Shown: positions 39,700 through 54,159 of the stretch, piece by piece | Layout: each line of letters opens with the position of its first letter | Position numbering within the stretch: position 1 is the first letter of the stretch | Origin: Octopus vulgaris | Taxonomy: Eukaryota | Assembly (NCBI GenBank): GCA_951406725.2 | Contig: OX597822.1 | Location: 31,310,001 to 31,374,000, forward strand | Length of the DNA: 64,000 bases | Reading direction: 5' to 3' | The notes under the pieces: generated by a model | What the model saw: the letters and a program-made list of their open reading frames with translations, nothing else | The model's database searches: none | What the model was told of the DNA's origin: nothing | Translations under genes and position numbers: made by a program

Positions 39700-40058
39700 G
39701 GTCTTTTATTCTTCTCAGCCATGCAGCTACGATCATGTCTGAGCACCAAAGTAATTTTGGATCTTTACGCATGAATCTACTTTGATTTATTCATGGTAGT
39801 GAGGTTTGAAATCACGACTCCTGTATGTGCTTTTGCGCTGATTGTCATCCCATTCGGTGTATAAGGGGGTTTATTACCGCTGCCCTCATTTGTGTCCCAT
39901 CCCGGGACGTTGGTTCACCACTATAGTGGAGGGCAGAATATCTGGTTCTTTTTGAAGACATTTACGTTTACACAGTGAAAAGTTTCTTAAGTTTTGTGGT
40001 AGGGCATTGAAAAGCTGTGGGTATGTGAGTCCTAAGATATTGCAGTACTTGGGCACGT
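39700..40058 (-). mobile_element. Second, more diverged CR1-group LINE 3' end
   Basis: YCNILGLTYPQLFNALPQNLRN..VNVFKK..EPTSRDGTQMRAAVINPLIHRM; tail ggtgctcagacatg..agctgcatggctga. Confidence 0.75.
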
Positions 40059-40270
40059 ATAATTATGTTTTTAGCAGAAACATAAAGCAATGTCAGAGTG
40101 AGAGAGAGGGACAGGAAATGAGAGGTACTCTGTTTAGCGCTCACTGAGTGAAATACATCAATCCTCGTAAGACAATTTACTCTGGAGCACTATATATGAT
40201 TCAATCAGAAACACAAAATATCTAAAGACATTAAATGTGCGTTACGCTAATACTGGAGATAATGTTGCGC

Positions 40271-40325
<55 letters not shown>

Positions 40326-40337
40326 TGTGTGCGAGTC

Positions 40338-40532
40338 GCCATGATAGATCGTTAGCCACTACACAAATTTTTTCTCACCTTGTTTCTCTCCTTGTTTTAT
40401 CTGTGTCCCTTTCTGTAGAAGAGCGTAGGTTTGAAACGTAAAAGACTTTTTCTATTCCTGAGCATTATACTAATACATTTGTTTGTTTTGTACACCACCT
40501 GTCTTCGTCTTTTGTTTTTTTTCGTAAACTCT

Positions 40533-40536
<4 letters not shown>
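40338..40536 (+). mobile_element. HHR-bearing mini-element family A (HHR 40409-40444)
   Basis: cttt-CTGTAGA-aGAGC gtag GTTT-GAAAC-GTA-aaag; 3' end runs into (TA)n. Confidence 0.8.
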
Positions 40537-40612
<76 letters not shown>

Positions 40613-40912
40613 TGTGTGTGCAATCGCGTGTGTATGTGTTTCTGTGTATGTGCGAGTATGTGTGTATCTGCTTGTGCGAGCGTGTGTGTTTGCAGGTATC
40701 CATGTATGTTTGTGTGTGTATATGCAAATATATCGAGAAAAAACCCTCAAGCTGTTCTGCATTGTTGAGCCAATTGCAGTCTCTTCATTTTGAGAGCTAT
40801 TTTCTTTATAATGCAGAAAGGGTTCTGAATGTTCGTTAAATAATATGCAATTTAATGTTAATCGCATAATGTAGTCCTTTGTATGCATTTCTCTCTCCCT
40901 GTCACCCCTCTC

Positions 40913-40943
<31 letters not shown>

Positions 40944-41353
40944 CTCTCTCTTTCTTTCCTTCTTTCTTTCTCTCTCCTCTCTCTGTATGTATATATATAT
41001 ATATATATATATACATACGTATGCATAAATATGTATAAATATTTGATTTTGTATATGGGCGATTGTCTATGTATATTTCAGAATTGTATGTAGATGGGAA
41101 TTAATGCATTGTATTGTCCTCTAACGGAAAAGCCAATGACCTTTGTGTTAGACAGGACTCAGGGTATTATTGCAAATTCATTCACAATAAAGTCAGCACA
41201 CTGCCGTCGGCGGCTATATGCCTTCTTCGTAGAGACGTATATGTCCGTTTCAAATATTGATTCTTTGAAGCGTATTCATGTGTATTATAAATACATTCTT
41301 TCACAGACATTCTGAATTATATATATATATATATATATACATATTACATATAC

Positions 41354-41439
<86 letters not shown>

Positions 41440-41492
41440 ATAAATATATATATATACATACCGACATACAAACTTATACATACATGCATATA

Positions 41493-41531
<39 letters not shown>

Positions 41532-44500
41532 ATATATATGTTTATATTTATATACGCATCTAGGTATATACATATGTACATGCATACATTTGTATGGTTA
41601 TATTTGCTCACCCCACATACATAATTATAGTGTAAATTAATATTATACTATATTGAATTGTATTGCATTATATCACATTATATTGAATTGTATTATATTA
41701 TGCTATATATGAGGTACATCAATCAATGGATTGTATGTTTGAATAAGATTCCTCAATAAATTAATGGTGCCAAAGTTTGTGAAGTTTCTGCGGACACATT
41801 CCTGTGTCAACACTTGTTCTGTCAGTGGGAGACCAGTAATAAAACAGAGGTGTTTCACACCCTGTAAATTAACTTGGCTGACATAATGTGATAGGAAATA
41901 CAGTGAGATTATATGCATAAACTAGAAATAGTGAGAAATAGAAGCTTGTTAAGGAAGAAGAGAAGAAATATAAAAATGAAAATTAAGGACAAATAGGAGA
42001 ATATGAAGTTATATCTGTAATATAATCCCCTATTAAATCCATCGATTCTATGGTACCATCTTTCATTATGGTACCTTCTTTCTTCCTTTTTCTGAAGTGT
42101 ATCGCTCTATGACAACATGAGATGCCAGCCATTGGCGTATGTATAATAGAGTAGTGCGTTATTTTGTAATGGGCGGCGCGTGGTTACTATTCATGCATAA
42201 TATGTTCCTACTAACGTTATCGCGAAAATCAGAAAATTTTTGAAAACACCATTGCGAAGATTGCAGCAAAATACTCAGTCGATACGGTGTATAATGTTGG
42301 TAGACTTGAAAAGAAGCTTTGTGCGAAGTTATTCTGTGACTTGGGGGTCAGTTGTTGCATCTATGGCAAGTTTATTTAATGTTTTCGCATTGTGTGTGGC
42401 TGGGGACCCAACATTTTCCTTTTCTCTGCTTTGTTCTGTATTAATACTATAACATTTCCTGTTTTAAACTTTAACTCTTCTCTCACATCATGTTTCACTC
42501 CACCTCACCTCAACCAGATTCTTAGTCTAGGTTTGTTTGCCTGAAGCACTTTCTCTTAAATCACATTTCCTCATAACTACAACATACATAATTTGCATAT
42601 CTTTCAAATTTCTTTCATTTACATATATAAATGAATAACAGAGATAAATGCATTGTCATATTCCTGTCCAGGTAGGTTATTTAAAACCCTCTCTTAATTT
42701 TTTAAAGGCCATTTGATAAGTCTCATGTTGACGGAGATATGTATTTATTATACAACGTGCTATGTTATTTCGGTGACTTGAAAAGACGTTGAATATCTTT
42801 TTTTGTTTCCTTTTTCATAACCAGCACATTACGAAAATGTTGTTGCTGTAAGATAAATTATTAGTAAAATGCTAATTTTGAAATTAGGAATAATCAGTTT
42901 TTTAAGCGATCTCTTTTAGATCTGCGAACAGGAATACGTCACATTTCACTAACATGAGAGAAACATTAAAAAAGTCAACAACAAAAGAAAGTTCTTCTTA
43001 TTAAATAGGAATTGTAATGGTGAAATCAACAAAATTTTAGTGGGATATGGCCGCTCTGGGTATTCCAAATAATTAACAGTAATACACAGAAGAAATAGCA
43101 AAAATCCAGATCTGAAGAATGATTACACATGTCGCATTGCTTACAGTTTCTCTTTTAAAAATATTTCTCTCATTTTCCAAATTAAATTAGTACCAAATTT
43201 TACTGCATTTTTACGATAGTTATTCTGCTTTACAAAATTTATTTTTCTTCAAATGTAGTGAGTAAATTTGATATCAATAATTTTCGTCTGTATTTTACAT
43301 TCTTTATAGGAATAAACAGAAGGGGTATAGATATTTAGACTGTTATTTTTGCTGGCATAATTTCCATACTTGAATGAATTATATAGTAAGAAATGTAAGC
43401 TACATGGTTATATTTATCCAGTACGTAGTATTAATATAATTCTCTCAGTTCATCGTCACTCATATTAGAAGCTAGAAGTTTGTAAAGATTGTTAAGGAAA
43501 TGAGAATGCCATTGTTTATAATTCAATCAGTTCTTTTGTAATTGTTTCTGTATATTTTTCCCATGGCGTTGCAATAAAAAAGCGAAATCTTATTTTCTGC
43601 TGACAATTTATAAATATGACGAAAAATATGAACGAGCTGGGAATAAAAACGTTAAATAGTAAACAGACAAGTGTTTGCTCTGAATATAAAAGTCGTGATA
43701 ATTTTTTCGAAAATCTATTTCTAATAACAATGAATTTGAAGAAGGCATATTAGCTTGCAATGCCATTAATTTGGGGATTAAACTGCCCGATGTAATTATT
43801 TCTCAGAAATTTACAGCAATGCTTTTACGGAACACCAAATGAATGAAAAACTTCTCCTTTTCTGTGACTTTGAATATTCGCTGACATCATGGGCCTTATA
43901 ACGTTCTATATTAGTGTTGCTTGTGAACCTGACTAATTTACATATCAATACATTTTTCATTGTAAATGTCGTTGTTGTGAATGCCCTTCATGTAATGCTT
44001 GTACTGTTTTAGCGATGTTTACATTATTTTAGTTCTTGCTGTCTGTAAAAACAGGGAAGTATTCATATGGTTTACGTTGCCGTATTTCCTACCACTACCT
44101 ACGTCCTTTTTGCTCACATTCACCCACGGAACAAATATTATATGGGGCGGCATAAATTTGTAACTTGTGCATTTGGTTTCATACGATGAAGGTGATGAGG
44201 ACCTACGCTATGTGGTTATTAGCTTATCTCTAAAGTTTTTTTAAGAAGCGGCAACGATACTTGACAATGGTGATAACATTCTTCATAATTTAAGTACTTT
44301 TCTCTGTTGTATATCGCTTGACTTTGAACCTGCATTTCACTAAATCTCTCAATCAGCCACGATTAAATAGTTAGCATCTTAAATTGTTAGCTTTGTTAGC
44401 TTCCTCGCTAAATCGACAGGATACGGCTTGAAAGAGATCGTTATCGATGTGAACTTTGATACTGTATTTCATGTTGTTTAATCCTATGTTTCCCCTTGTT

Positions 44501-46169
44501 AAGGTAACAAATAGTGAAAAGCATTTCAGTCATGAAAACTCCCCCTTCTTAGGAGACAACGTTTCGAGGAACCCGAAACCAGACTTTTGCGATGCGAAGG
44601 TATAAACTACATAGCTGTGTCTTCTACTTACGAAGGATAAGGATAAGTATGTAGTTGTTTGCAAATATAACTTCAGTCAAAGAATTAAATGTTGTTAAAG
44701 AATAAAACGCGATGTCATTTGGTGAAAGTAAATATGGGATCGATAGATAAATTTCCACTGAAATACAACGGTAAATTCTTCTCTCTTATCTTATGGATTT
44801 GACTTTCTCCTTCACACACAGAATCGGAAATTGTGCGATGTGAGCATAGTTGTAAGGGGAACCATGCAGAGTGCTCTTTTCTTCCACATGTTAAAAAGTG
44901 TATAGAAAGAATTTTATAAACTTCTGTCTACAGAGTAAATTTGCTATGTCACTGAATCATCCCAAAGACGGTATGTTGTAGATTAGAGAGCGAAACCGAA
45001 ATTAAGAAGCCGAATATAATAATTGCAAAGTGAATCATAGTTCTACATATAAAAAGTGGTGAGACTTAAAAATACATAATAAATTGCCCTTTTACTTCAC
45101 ACATTACAACATATAAACTAGAATTTTATTCTAGTTTATGAGGCGATTTTTAATGTCACATCTCTCTGTTATAGTACATGATTTCCTTTAAAAGTAAGTC
45201 TATATGCTCATAACCTAAACACAAACGATTGTATACACTTAATACTTATTTCATTATTTCGAATGCTCTTATCAAATATTCAAGAATAAAGCACAATATT
45301 ACTTAAACGCATCTACATGTCTTTTAACATTTTATTCAGGAAACGCTTGACATTACGAAGTGCTTCAGCAAATCAAATGGAAGCATTATAATATTATATA
45401 ATATTATGATATTCTCTCGTGCGAGTCAGAATAACAAACTAATCCATTAATGTAAAATTGATGCTAAGGTACCAAATGGCGTACGCAAATTCTTCTCAAT
45501 GGATACAAATTTGCTCACATGCAAAAATGCCCACATACGAACAGGCATTACATTCAACCACACACATACACAGACGCACATGCATATATGTAATATGATA
45601 TGATATGAATTGTATGAACCCTGTGCAATATTAAAAGACCCCAATACCATGACACAATAAGGAGTGCAACATAGAACGGGATATAAGAATCTGGTGATAA
45701 AGGACAATAACGTAATGGTTTAACACCAACGTTGTGAATATATTGTTTGCAACACTGATCCTGTATATCTATGGGGAATATATTTATAAGGATCCCATGG
45801 ATATATGCTGGTCATATTACTCCCATTAATTCCAAGTTTTCTGGAGCCAGGAAGAGAATAGTATACTTTGATTTCCAGAGGCTGTCACTGAAATACCCGC
45901 CATAGAATACCTGACTTTTTAAAGACTGCACTCATTGTTCCTTAGAGAAGAAATGAAAACTATTTGTGTGTATGTCTTTCAAACGCTCCTGGAATTCGCA
46001 GTGTGTAATAATTAATGTATTAATAGTATAAACGTTAATTATATGAATAATATGGATATGTTCTCAAGAAAGTATCTAAAACAAAACTTAAAATTTGGAA
46101 AAGTATTTTTTTCGTTAACCATGACTCATTTTTACTGCTTTGTTAAAGACAATTTTTATTGTCTTGTGA

Positions 46170-46478
46170 TGGAGCATGGCTTAGTGGTTATAGCGTCGAG
46201 CTTACGATCGTCAGGTTGTGAGTTCGATTCCCAGACTGGGCTGCGTGTTGTTTTCTTGAGCATGACATGTTATGTTACATTGCTGTAGAAATGAGTTGCC
46301 ATATCACTGGCGCCAAGCTGTATCGGCTTTTCCCCTGGATAACATCAGTGTTGTAGATAGGGGAGGTTGGTATGCATGGGCGACTGCTGGCCTTCTATAA
46401 ACAACCATGCCCTGACATGTGCTTCGGAGGGTAACTTTCTAGGTGCAATCTCATGGTCATTCACGACCGATGGAGACT
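46170..46478 (+). mobile_element. tRNA-derived SINE family 3
   Basis: A box TGGCTTAGTGG, B box GAGTTCGATTCC; reverse copy at 54160-54437. Confidence 0.8.
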
Positions 46479-47817
46479 GGAACTGCATACGCGTACCTCT
46501 CTGTACATAACTCCATGTCCTCTTACATGGCCTTGCTTTTTGCTTTTTGAGCCAGAAAATTAACTTAACTTAACTAATGTCGGGAGCAAAAACATGATTA
46601 AGAAACTGAAAGGAGGGCGACACAAGACATAATTTTACAAAAATTGTATTAACCAAAAAACATTAATATTGTAAAAGCTATATAGAGATATCCATCTCCA
46701 ATGTATTTGCCACGGATGAATATATACATATATTCCTTCACTTCATATCACCTGTATTTTTTTTGACAGCTTATTTGTAAATGCAGTTACCAATATTCCT
46801 TCTTGTTATTACTTCCAAAGAAAGATGAACTTAATTTTATTGCTAGATACTATTAAACTGGAATATTACATTTCTTACTATGGTGTGTGCGTTTAATATT
46901 TTCGAGATTACATGTTCATATTTACATGAACATAAATATATGCATACAAATATATATGTATGCGTAAGACTCTATGCATATTCAGGCGTATATCTTTTTA
47001 CAGATATTGATGTGTACATACATGCATACATGTACATTCATTCAGCACAAATTTCATTTATTTATATCTCTCGCAATACTATCAGAAGCAGCGCAACTTA
47101 ACTAGTTATTGCATAACATAAAAACTCAAATCCTTATTATAGATGAATATAAACTAACGGGAGGGTGAAAATAATAGAGGAAATGCTAATGTGCTGCGAG
47201 ACGAAGGGAATTTTGGAGAATTTTATTTCTTACCATTGAGTCCCTGGAATTTGTAAATTTATATTAAATAGCAATGCAATTGTACAATACACCTTGGAAA
47301 TATGTATCGCGAGCTGTAAATCCAAGTTTAAAGTGTAATTTTTATGCAATTGTGTGTAACTTAAAAGCATGATAGCAGATAGTACGAAAAGGCATGGAGT
47401 ACTTGTCATATTGTAAGGCTGTGTGTAGTTAATAAGCATACTAACGATGAATAAATATACTTGCTAAATATACTGGGTTCTTATGGCGTGTGACACAGAA
47501 AGTTCGACAATAGATTTCAATGAAATGATTGCTACGCCATCACTTGATTTACTAGATGAAGTATGTGAATTTTCCTGACATATTGCAAAGTATTTTTCTC
47601 TATAAACAATGAAAATATGAAGAACAGAGGATCCTAGCTGGACATCCTGTGTTGATGCATTCTTCTAATCTTGACTAGCCTTGGCCTCAACATTAACCCG
47701 AACAAACAAAGAATTTCCTTGTAGAGGATATGATATTAAACAAAAGTTACGTTAAGTTGTGCAACAGCTGCATTTCTTCGACGATTACGGAGAATCGTCA
47801 ATGGAATATGCGATTCT

Positions 47818-48011
47818 AGTAATTACTAAGAAATTTACCAAAAGAGTGCAATATTTTATATCAAGCAAGCAATTACTGTATAAAATTTCATTTTGAGTTG
47901 TAGGTTCCTAACAACTAATAAAAAAACAACTGGAGACTAGTATGCCTTTGTGTTAATATGGAAACTAGCTGCAGATAAAAATATCAAGTCATCTCATAAG
48001 TTCTGTCCGAT
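47818..48011 (+). repeat. Duplicate of the mariner 5' junction (flank plus start of TIR)
   Basis: Matches 48349-48501 with an extra ~45 bp; ends in tcaagtcatctcataagttctgtccgat. Confidence 0.9.
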
Positions 48012-48473
48012 CATTAGGCGATACGTAGTCTAATAACCCCAAATCCGAAGCCTAAAGACTCAGTGGTACGTGGCTTTATAAACTTATAATTATCAGTATG
48101 TCTCCATAGTAGTTAAAGCTCTATTAAGCATACTAAAGCGCCGTAAGAAAAGTTTCAGTCTGGATTCAATCTGACACTTAAAATGATATCTATAACATAA
48201 CTATCCTAATAGATATGAAATTTATTGGAATATAATACTAACGATTATAATGACGCTGGTAGCCTTACAGATAATGCGTACAGCACATATTAATGGTTCC
48301 AGATACTATGGCTACTGTGTGTTGATGAATTTTTGTAAACATTTTCCAAGTAATTAATAAGAAATTTACCAAAAGAGTACAATATTTTATATCAAGCAAG
48401 CAAGTACTGTATAAATGTTCAGACTAATATGCCTTTATCTTAATAATATGAAAACTAGCTGCAGATAAAAATA

Positions 48474-49703
48474 TCAGGTCATCTTATAAGTTCTGTCCGA
48501 TTTTACCAGTTCGAAAATTGAATGAAATTTAATAGTATTTTAGAAGGTCTAATGGATCAAAAATAATTTTTATGCATTTGTGTACACTAATTAAATATTA
48601 TTTTACAGAATAATAGCATTAAAATTTCTTTGATTAAACCCTTTCTAACATGGATGTATCCAAAGTGCATTTAAGGCACATAATGCTTTGTGTACAAAGA
48701 AGGTAACTCTGAAGCCGAAGCGACTCGAAACATGCGCTCAGTTTATGGGAAAGAAAGCTTGAATGAAAGAAGATTGTTTGCAGAAGATGGTTTGCAAAAT
48801 TCAGAAATGGAGATTTCAACCTTGAAGATGAAGATCGAACAGGATGTCCAGTTGAGTTTGATGATAAGCTCCTTGGGGCATTACTTGAAGAAAATCCTGC
48901 ATTATCAGTTGAAGAAATGGCAACAAAGCTTAGTTCAAACCATTCGACTGTTCATCGTCATCTTCAACAATTTGGAAAGTTTCCTAAACTTGGAAAATGG
49001 GTGCCTCATGAATCGTCCGAAAGCAACCACAAATCCTGAGTTGATATCTGCTCTTCTCTCCATTCTCGCAAACTATCGAAATGTTAAACGTCGTAAACAG
49101 TGCCGCGGTAAAAGGGGAAAAGCTCAACTACAACCGAGAATGGAACTTCATGGAAATAAAGGTTCTTCTCTCTATCTGGTGGGATTTCAAAGAAGTAATT
49201 CACACTAAATTGTTGCCACCTAATGCAATAACCAATGCTCAAGTCTACTGTCAGTAATTAGAGCATTTGGACTAAGCTTTGAAGAAGACAAGACCCGCTT
49301 TAGTGAATCGAAAAGGAGTGATCTTTCATCAGGACAATGCGCGACCCCAAACTGCAAAGATCACATCACAGAAGATCGAAGAGCTTGGTTGGGAAAAATT
49401 ACTGATCCACCTTATTCTCCCGACTTTGCTCCCTCAGACTACCATTTGTTTCGTAGTTTACAGAATCATTTGCGTGACATAACTTTCGTAAGCAAGCAGG
49501 AAGTCGAAACTGACATTTCAGAGTTCTTCGCTTTGAAACCAAAAGAGTTTTACATTGATGGGATTAAAAAGCTTGTAAATAGATGGAAAACATTCATAGA
49601 TAATCAGGGAAAGTACATTGATGATTATATTTCAATGAAATATAATATACGATCACTTGTTTTCTTTATTCATAATTCGGACAGAACTTATTGGATGACC
49701 TGA
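48474..49703 (+). mobile_element. Mariner with both TIRs and TA TSD; transposase pseudogene
   Basis: TIRs TCAGGTCATCTTATAAGTTCTGTCCGA / reverse complement with 2 mismatches. ATG 48650 MDVSKVHLRHIM; WVPHE; HQDNARP; YSPDFAPSDYHLF. Frameshifts; first-Asp block missing. Confidence 0.95.
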
Positions 49704-51680
49704 TATATAGAGAAGGTTTCGTGGAATTCTTCGATGCAGCGGAGATGGCATTCAGAATTAAGATTTTGCCAAATATATATCTTTCTTAGTTTTGAGCGTT
49801 TATTCTGAGAATAAGATAGGAGTTGCATTTTTGAGAATAACTTGCTCGATACCAATTGCTAAACGACACCATCTGTTTCGTAATAGGATGCTATGTTTTA
49901 TAAAATGCATTTTCGTTGATCTTTTGGGATGTTTGACAAGTAATAATATAGATTCCATTTTAGGTAAAACACCGTTTATTCCTGAATATCATATAGGAAA
50001 TCCTATGATTTAGAATTTGGGGTTGTTTAAATTCATGTTCACCATTCTCAAATCAAGCAATACAATTCGATAATTAAGAAATGTTATGTGAATAATTCAA
50101 CATTTGCACGTTTCAATGAATTCCTTCCGCTTATCGAAAGCCTTTCATGGGAGCGTATTCTTCCCTATAATCCCCATTCATATGTCTTCTCCCTTCCGTT
50201 CTCTAGGTTGTATTTGCATAATCAGGTATTAAGATGTAAGTGTACATATGGTATATATGTGTATGTAAATATGTGTGTATGTATATACATAAATATGTGT
50301 GTGAATGCAACTGTCTCGATTCCAGTTTCAAATACTGTAATTTTACTTACTTACAACATTGCAATGTCTCATCAACTAAAAGTGCTTTGTGAGAAGCGTA
50401 CGGATTTATTTACCCTCGCCTTCAATTAATAATTTACAGTATTTTGTTGAATTATTTGAAAGCAATTTTGTATAAAATCCATTCATCATTCTTTTCAACT
50501 GTAATGTTTTAAATACCATTCTTTGTTTGCATAGTTTGTGAACAAATTTCTGTTAATTCCAATTTCAGATATATTTCTCACTAAAATCAATAATAAACAT
50601 GCTTCTAACCGTTGCTTTAATTTAAATGAAATTCATCACATGAAGTTTTGTTGATAAAATGGCAGATTATCCATATAAAAATACAAATTGGAAAACTCAT
50701 TAGGTACCATTTTTATTTTCTCTTAAATCTGCTTGAAATCACAAGCGCAGTACTTACGTAGATAGTCCGATATTAATGTTCACATTTGCTGCTTCAGATA
50801 GGAATAAAAGTCTCACACAATACAATATCAGTATTCGTATCGTACTATAACATGTGTATATTCTGTTCATGTCTGATATCTCTGGAGATCAACCATTGGA
50901 TCGATAATATTATTTCTAAAACAAATAAGGTCAACGTGACATTTGTTAGCTATATTCCACTCTGTGTAAGGTATGCATAGCAATCTTTGTACTTACTATC
51001 TATATTCATATCTAAATTTCTGAACCTGAGATTACATTGGAAGTTAGATAGTTGGATTCTGATGTTAGTCGTTTGCCCGAGATTGATAAATTGAAAAAAA
51101 AGTGTTCCAACCGAAAAGAAAAAAACAAAATTATATTCATGAAATATATCATTCGGTGATCGATCAACTCAGTGGTTCGCTCTATTCCATTCGATAATTT
51201 CCTACACAATTATAAAGTCAAACTTTGATGAAAGTAAAGTAAATAAAAGTGTGACAAATTTTTAGGAGACAAAATATTGCACTGGTACATTAAGTAAATT
51301 TTGAATTTGATGTAATATTAGAGCAACATGGAAAATACATTATCATATAAAATTCGCCTTTCTTCTTTTTCAGTTAAAATTTTCCGAGGTCTGATTTGTA
51401 TTTCTATTCTCCTAGTGTACAAAGGAAGAATAAGTAACAGTATCACCAGTAAAGCAAATCAATCGATTATATACAGTGGTTTTTCACAGCCACGTAGGAT
51501 TTTCTCGGGTAGCAATAATGACTGAGAATATTGGTGTTTAAAGAAAATATCCGCAAACAACATCGTTGCTACTAAAATCAATACACTTTTAGTGAATATT
51601 TTTTTAGATAAAATATAAGCTATCATGATACCAAAAGAGCAAGGGACTTACCATTCGTACTTGAAGTATTACAACTCTTT

Positions 51681-52065
51681 GGAGGCGCAATGGCCCAGTG
51701 GTTAGGGCAGCGGACTCGCGGTCGTAGGATCGCGGTTTCGATTCCCAGACCGGGCGTTCTGAGTGTTTATTGAGCAAAAACACCTAAAGCTCCACGAGCC
51801 TCCGGCAGGGATGGTGGTGATCCCTGCTGTACTCTTTCACCACAACTTTCTCTCACTCTTACTTCCTGTTTCTGTTGTACCTGTATTTCAAAGGGCCGGC
51901 CTTGTCACTCTCTGTGTCACGCTGAATATCCCCGAGAACTACGTTAAGGGTACACGTGTCTGTGGAGTGCTCAGCCACTTACACGTTAATTTCACGAGCA
52001 GGCCGTTCTGTTGATTCGGATCAACCGGAACCCTCATAGTCGTAACCGACGGCGTGCTTCCATAC
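51681..52065 (+). mobile_element. SINE family 2 (tail B) with 11-bp TSD
   Basis: GGAGGCGCAATGGCCCAGTGGTTAGGGCAGCGGACTCGCGGTC..GGTTTCGATTCCC. attacaactct at 51668-78 and 52066-76. Confidence 0.92.
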
Positions 52066-52395
52066 ATTACAACTCTATTTACGTTGTTCAGTTCCCTAAC
52101 CAAGCTATGTATGCCATCTGCGCTTTATCTTTAACTCCTCTGTAATGGGCCAGTATAGTGATATGTTGCCATGGTTGAAATAAATAAATAGGTAGGTCTT
52201 CCTCATAATACAACACAATCCTCATTTCAAAAGAATTCTGAAAGTATTGTCCCAGGAAATGTTTCACCTGCTCTTTGGGCATTGAGTTGTGTGAATTTTA
52301 TTAAAATTTCACATCAAAGACAGTGTGCGCTTTAGTATCTATAAATACGTCTCCATTTATCCCCTCTCTCTCTCCCTCTCTACTGTATAGGTAAC

Positions 52396-52456
52396 TCCAG
52401 CTGATGAAGACTAATCAAATTTACGTATTTGAAGAGTGCGAAACTTACGTACTGGA
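52396..52456 (+). ncRNA. Type-I hammerhead ribozyme, intact core
   Basis: tccag-CTGATGA-agact aa tcaaat ttacgt atttga ag agt gc-GAAAC-ttac-GTA-ctgga; stem I 5/5. Confidence 0.75.
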
Positions 52457-52645
52457 TCATCCTATTCTGGGTTGTCCATTTAAATAATGTTCTTCGTGGA
52501 AGTAAGATAAAATTTGTTTATGTTTGCTGCCCTCACACGTTTTTACTAGTATAAATGCATTGGAGCTTTACAATAGCGTCGTAAATGTATCGACTGCTGT
52601 TTCCAGTAAAGATTGGTGGTTTGTTGTACCACTACTCCATATTTC

Positions 52646-52734
<89 letters not shown>

Positions 52735-52797
52735 AAATACATATATATATATATTGATATATACATATATATATGTAAATATATGTATATATATATA

Positions 52798-52918
<121 letters not shown>

Positions 52919-52931
52919 ATGTATGTATGTA

Positions 52932-53140
52932 TAGTCAATCTAAACATGAACAAGCAAGAAAACACAACAACGCGAGGACGTCGAATAAGTACAGTGTTAT
53001 TGGACGCTCAGGAATGGAAAGAAAAGAAAGAGGATTTCACGTTTCGAGTGGAGCTCTTCATTAGAAATATAGACAAATGTCCAAAGGAGGGAAGACGAAG
53101 AAAGAAAATCGCCAACGATACACACGCGGTCACATATTGA
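52932..53140 (-). mobile_element. HHR-bearing mini-element family B (HHR 53034-53068, mutated)
   Basis: attt-CTAATGA-aGAG ctcca CTC-GAAAC-GTG-aaat. Homologous to 60016-60220. Confidence 0.8.
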
Positions 53141-54159
53141 AATGACCGGAAGGAAATGGGTTAAGAAAAAGTTCTTTCAAAGAGAGGAGAGTACAAATAG
53201 TCGGCTACCTGATGTCAGCAATAATATGGAGGTATGAGCCACCTGATTTACTTCGAGAACTCCTTTGGGTTCGTAGTGTGTATATAAAATTTGTGAAATA
53301 GAAAAAGGAATTCACGAGATTCATGCGTGTGTATGCACATATTACCTATATGTGAGAGAGAAATTATGGATAGGTGTGTATGCATATCTCTGTGTATGCC
53401 TAATATAATAGCAAGTAGTCCGATTCTGCATAGTTGGTCAGCAACCAACGCATAAATGTGGTCTTGATTAGTGTGTGTGTATGTGTGTGTGAACGTATCT
53501 GTGTGTGTTTGTGTGTTTGTAGATACGTCCTCTTCAATATCTGTGTAATGTAGTCGTTTTAAATGTTTATATGGAGAAAGGTTTCCTTCTGTTTTATTTA
53601 TATAAATATTTATCGCATCGCTTAAATCGTAGACACTTCATACGTTTGGTTTAACACCACGATCTGGCGCATACAGGTCTCGGTCTTTCGTCTGTTTCTA
53701 AGATTAGGACTAAAGGCAAGCATTTATGAAGAGTTGATGTCGCAACAATAGTTTCTACAGATGTTTAGGCGCATCCTACTGTTCTATGTCCTTCCTCCTC
53801 TCCAACACTCTTGAAATCAATAATACGACATCATACACACAATAGATATCATAGCGCAACGTGATGCCATTTCTTCCGCAATAGTTGCACTACCGGTGCT
53901 CTAAGCTTCTGATAGGTCGTGAACCAAACCGGCCCTCAAATTTTCAATATTCGAAACAGGCAATAAATTTAAGGAGTGTTGTCAAGTCGAATACATTGAT
54001 TTCGTTAATAGTACTTCATTTTATTGAAATCAAACGCATGAAAGGTAAAGTTAACATCGGCGTAAATTCAAGCCTGAAGAGTACAAAGAAAAATCAAAGA
54101 TCATCTTGTAACGTTTTAAAGATTCTACATGTCAATTTGTAAAAGGTAAATAAATCCTT

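Noticed and set aside
48650-49630. Active or domesticated mariner transposase
   Set aside because: Multiple frameshifts and stops, and loss of the first catalytic Asp block.
46170-51755. tRNA genes at 46170 and 51681
   Set aside because: A/B boxes continue into multi-copy SINE bodies, and there is no complete acceptor stem.
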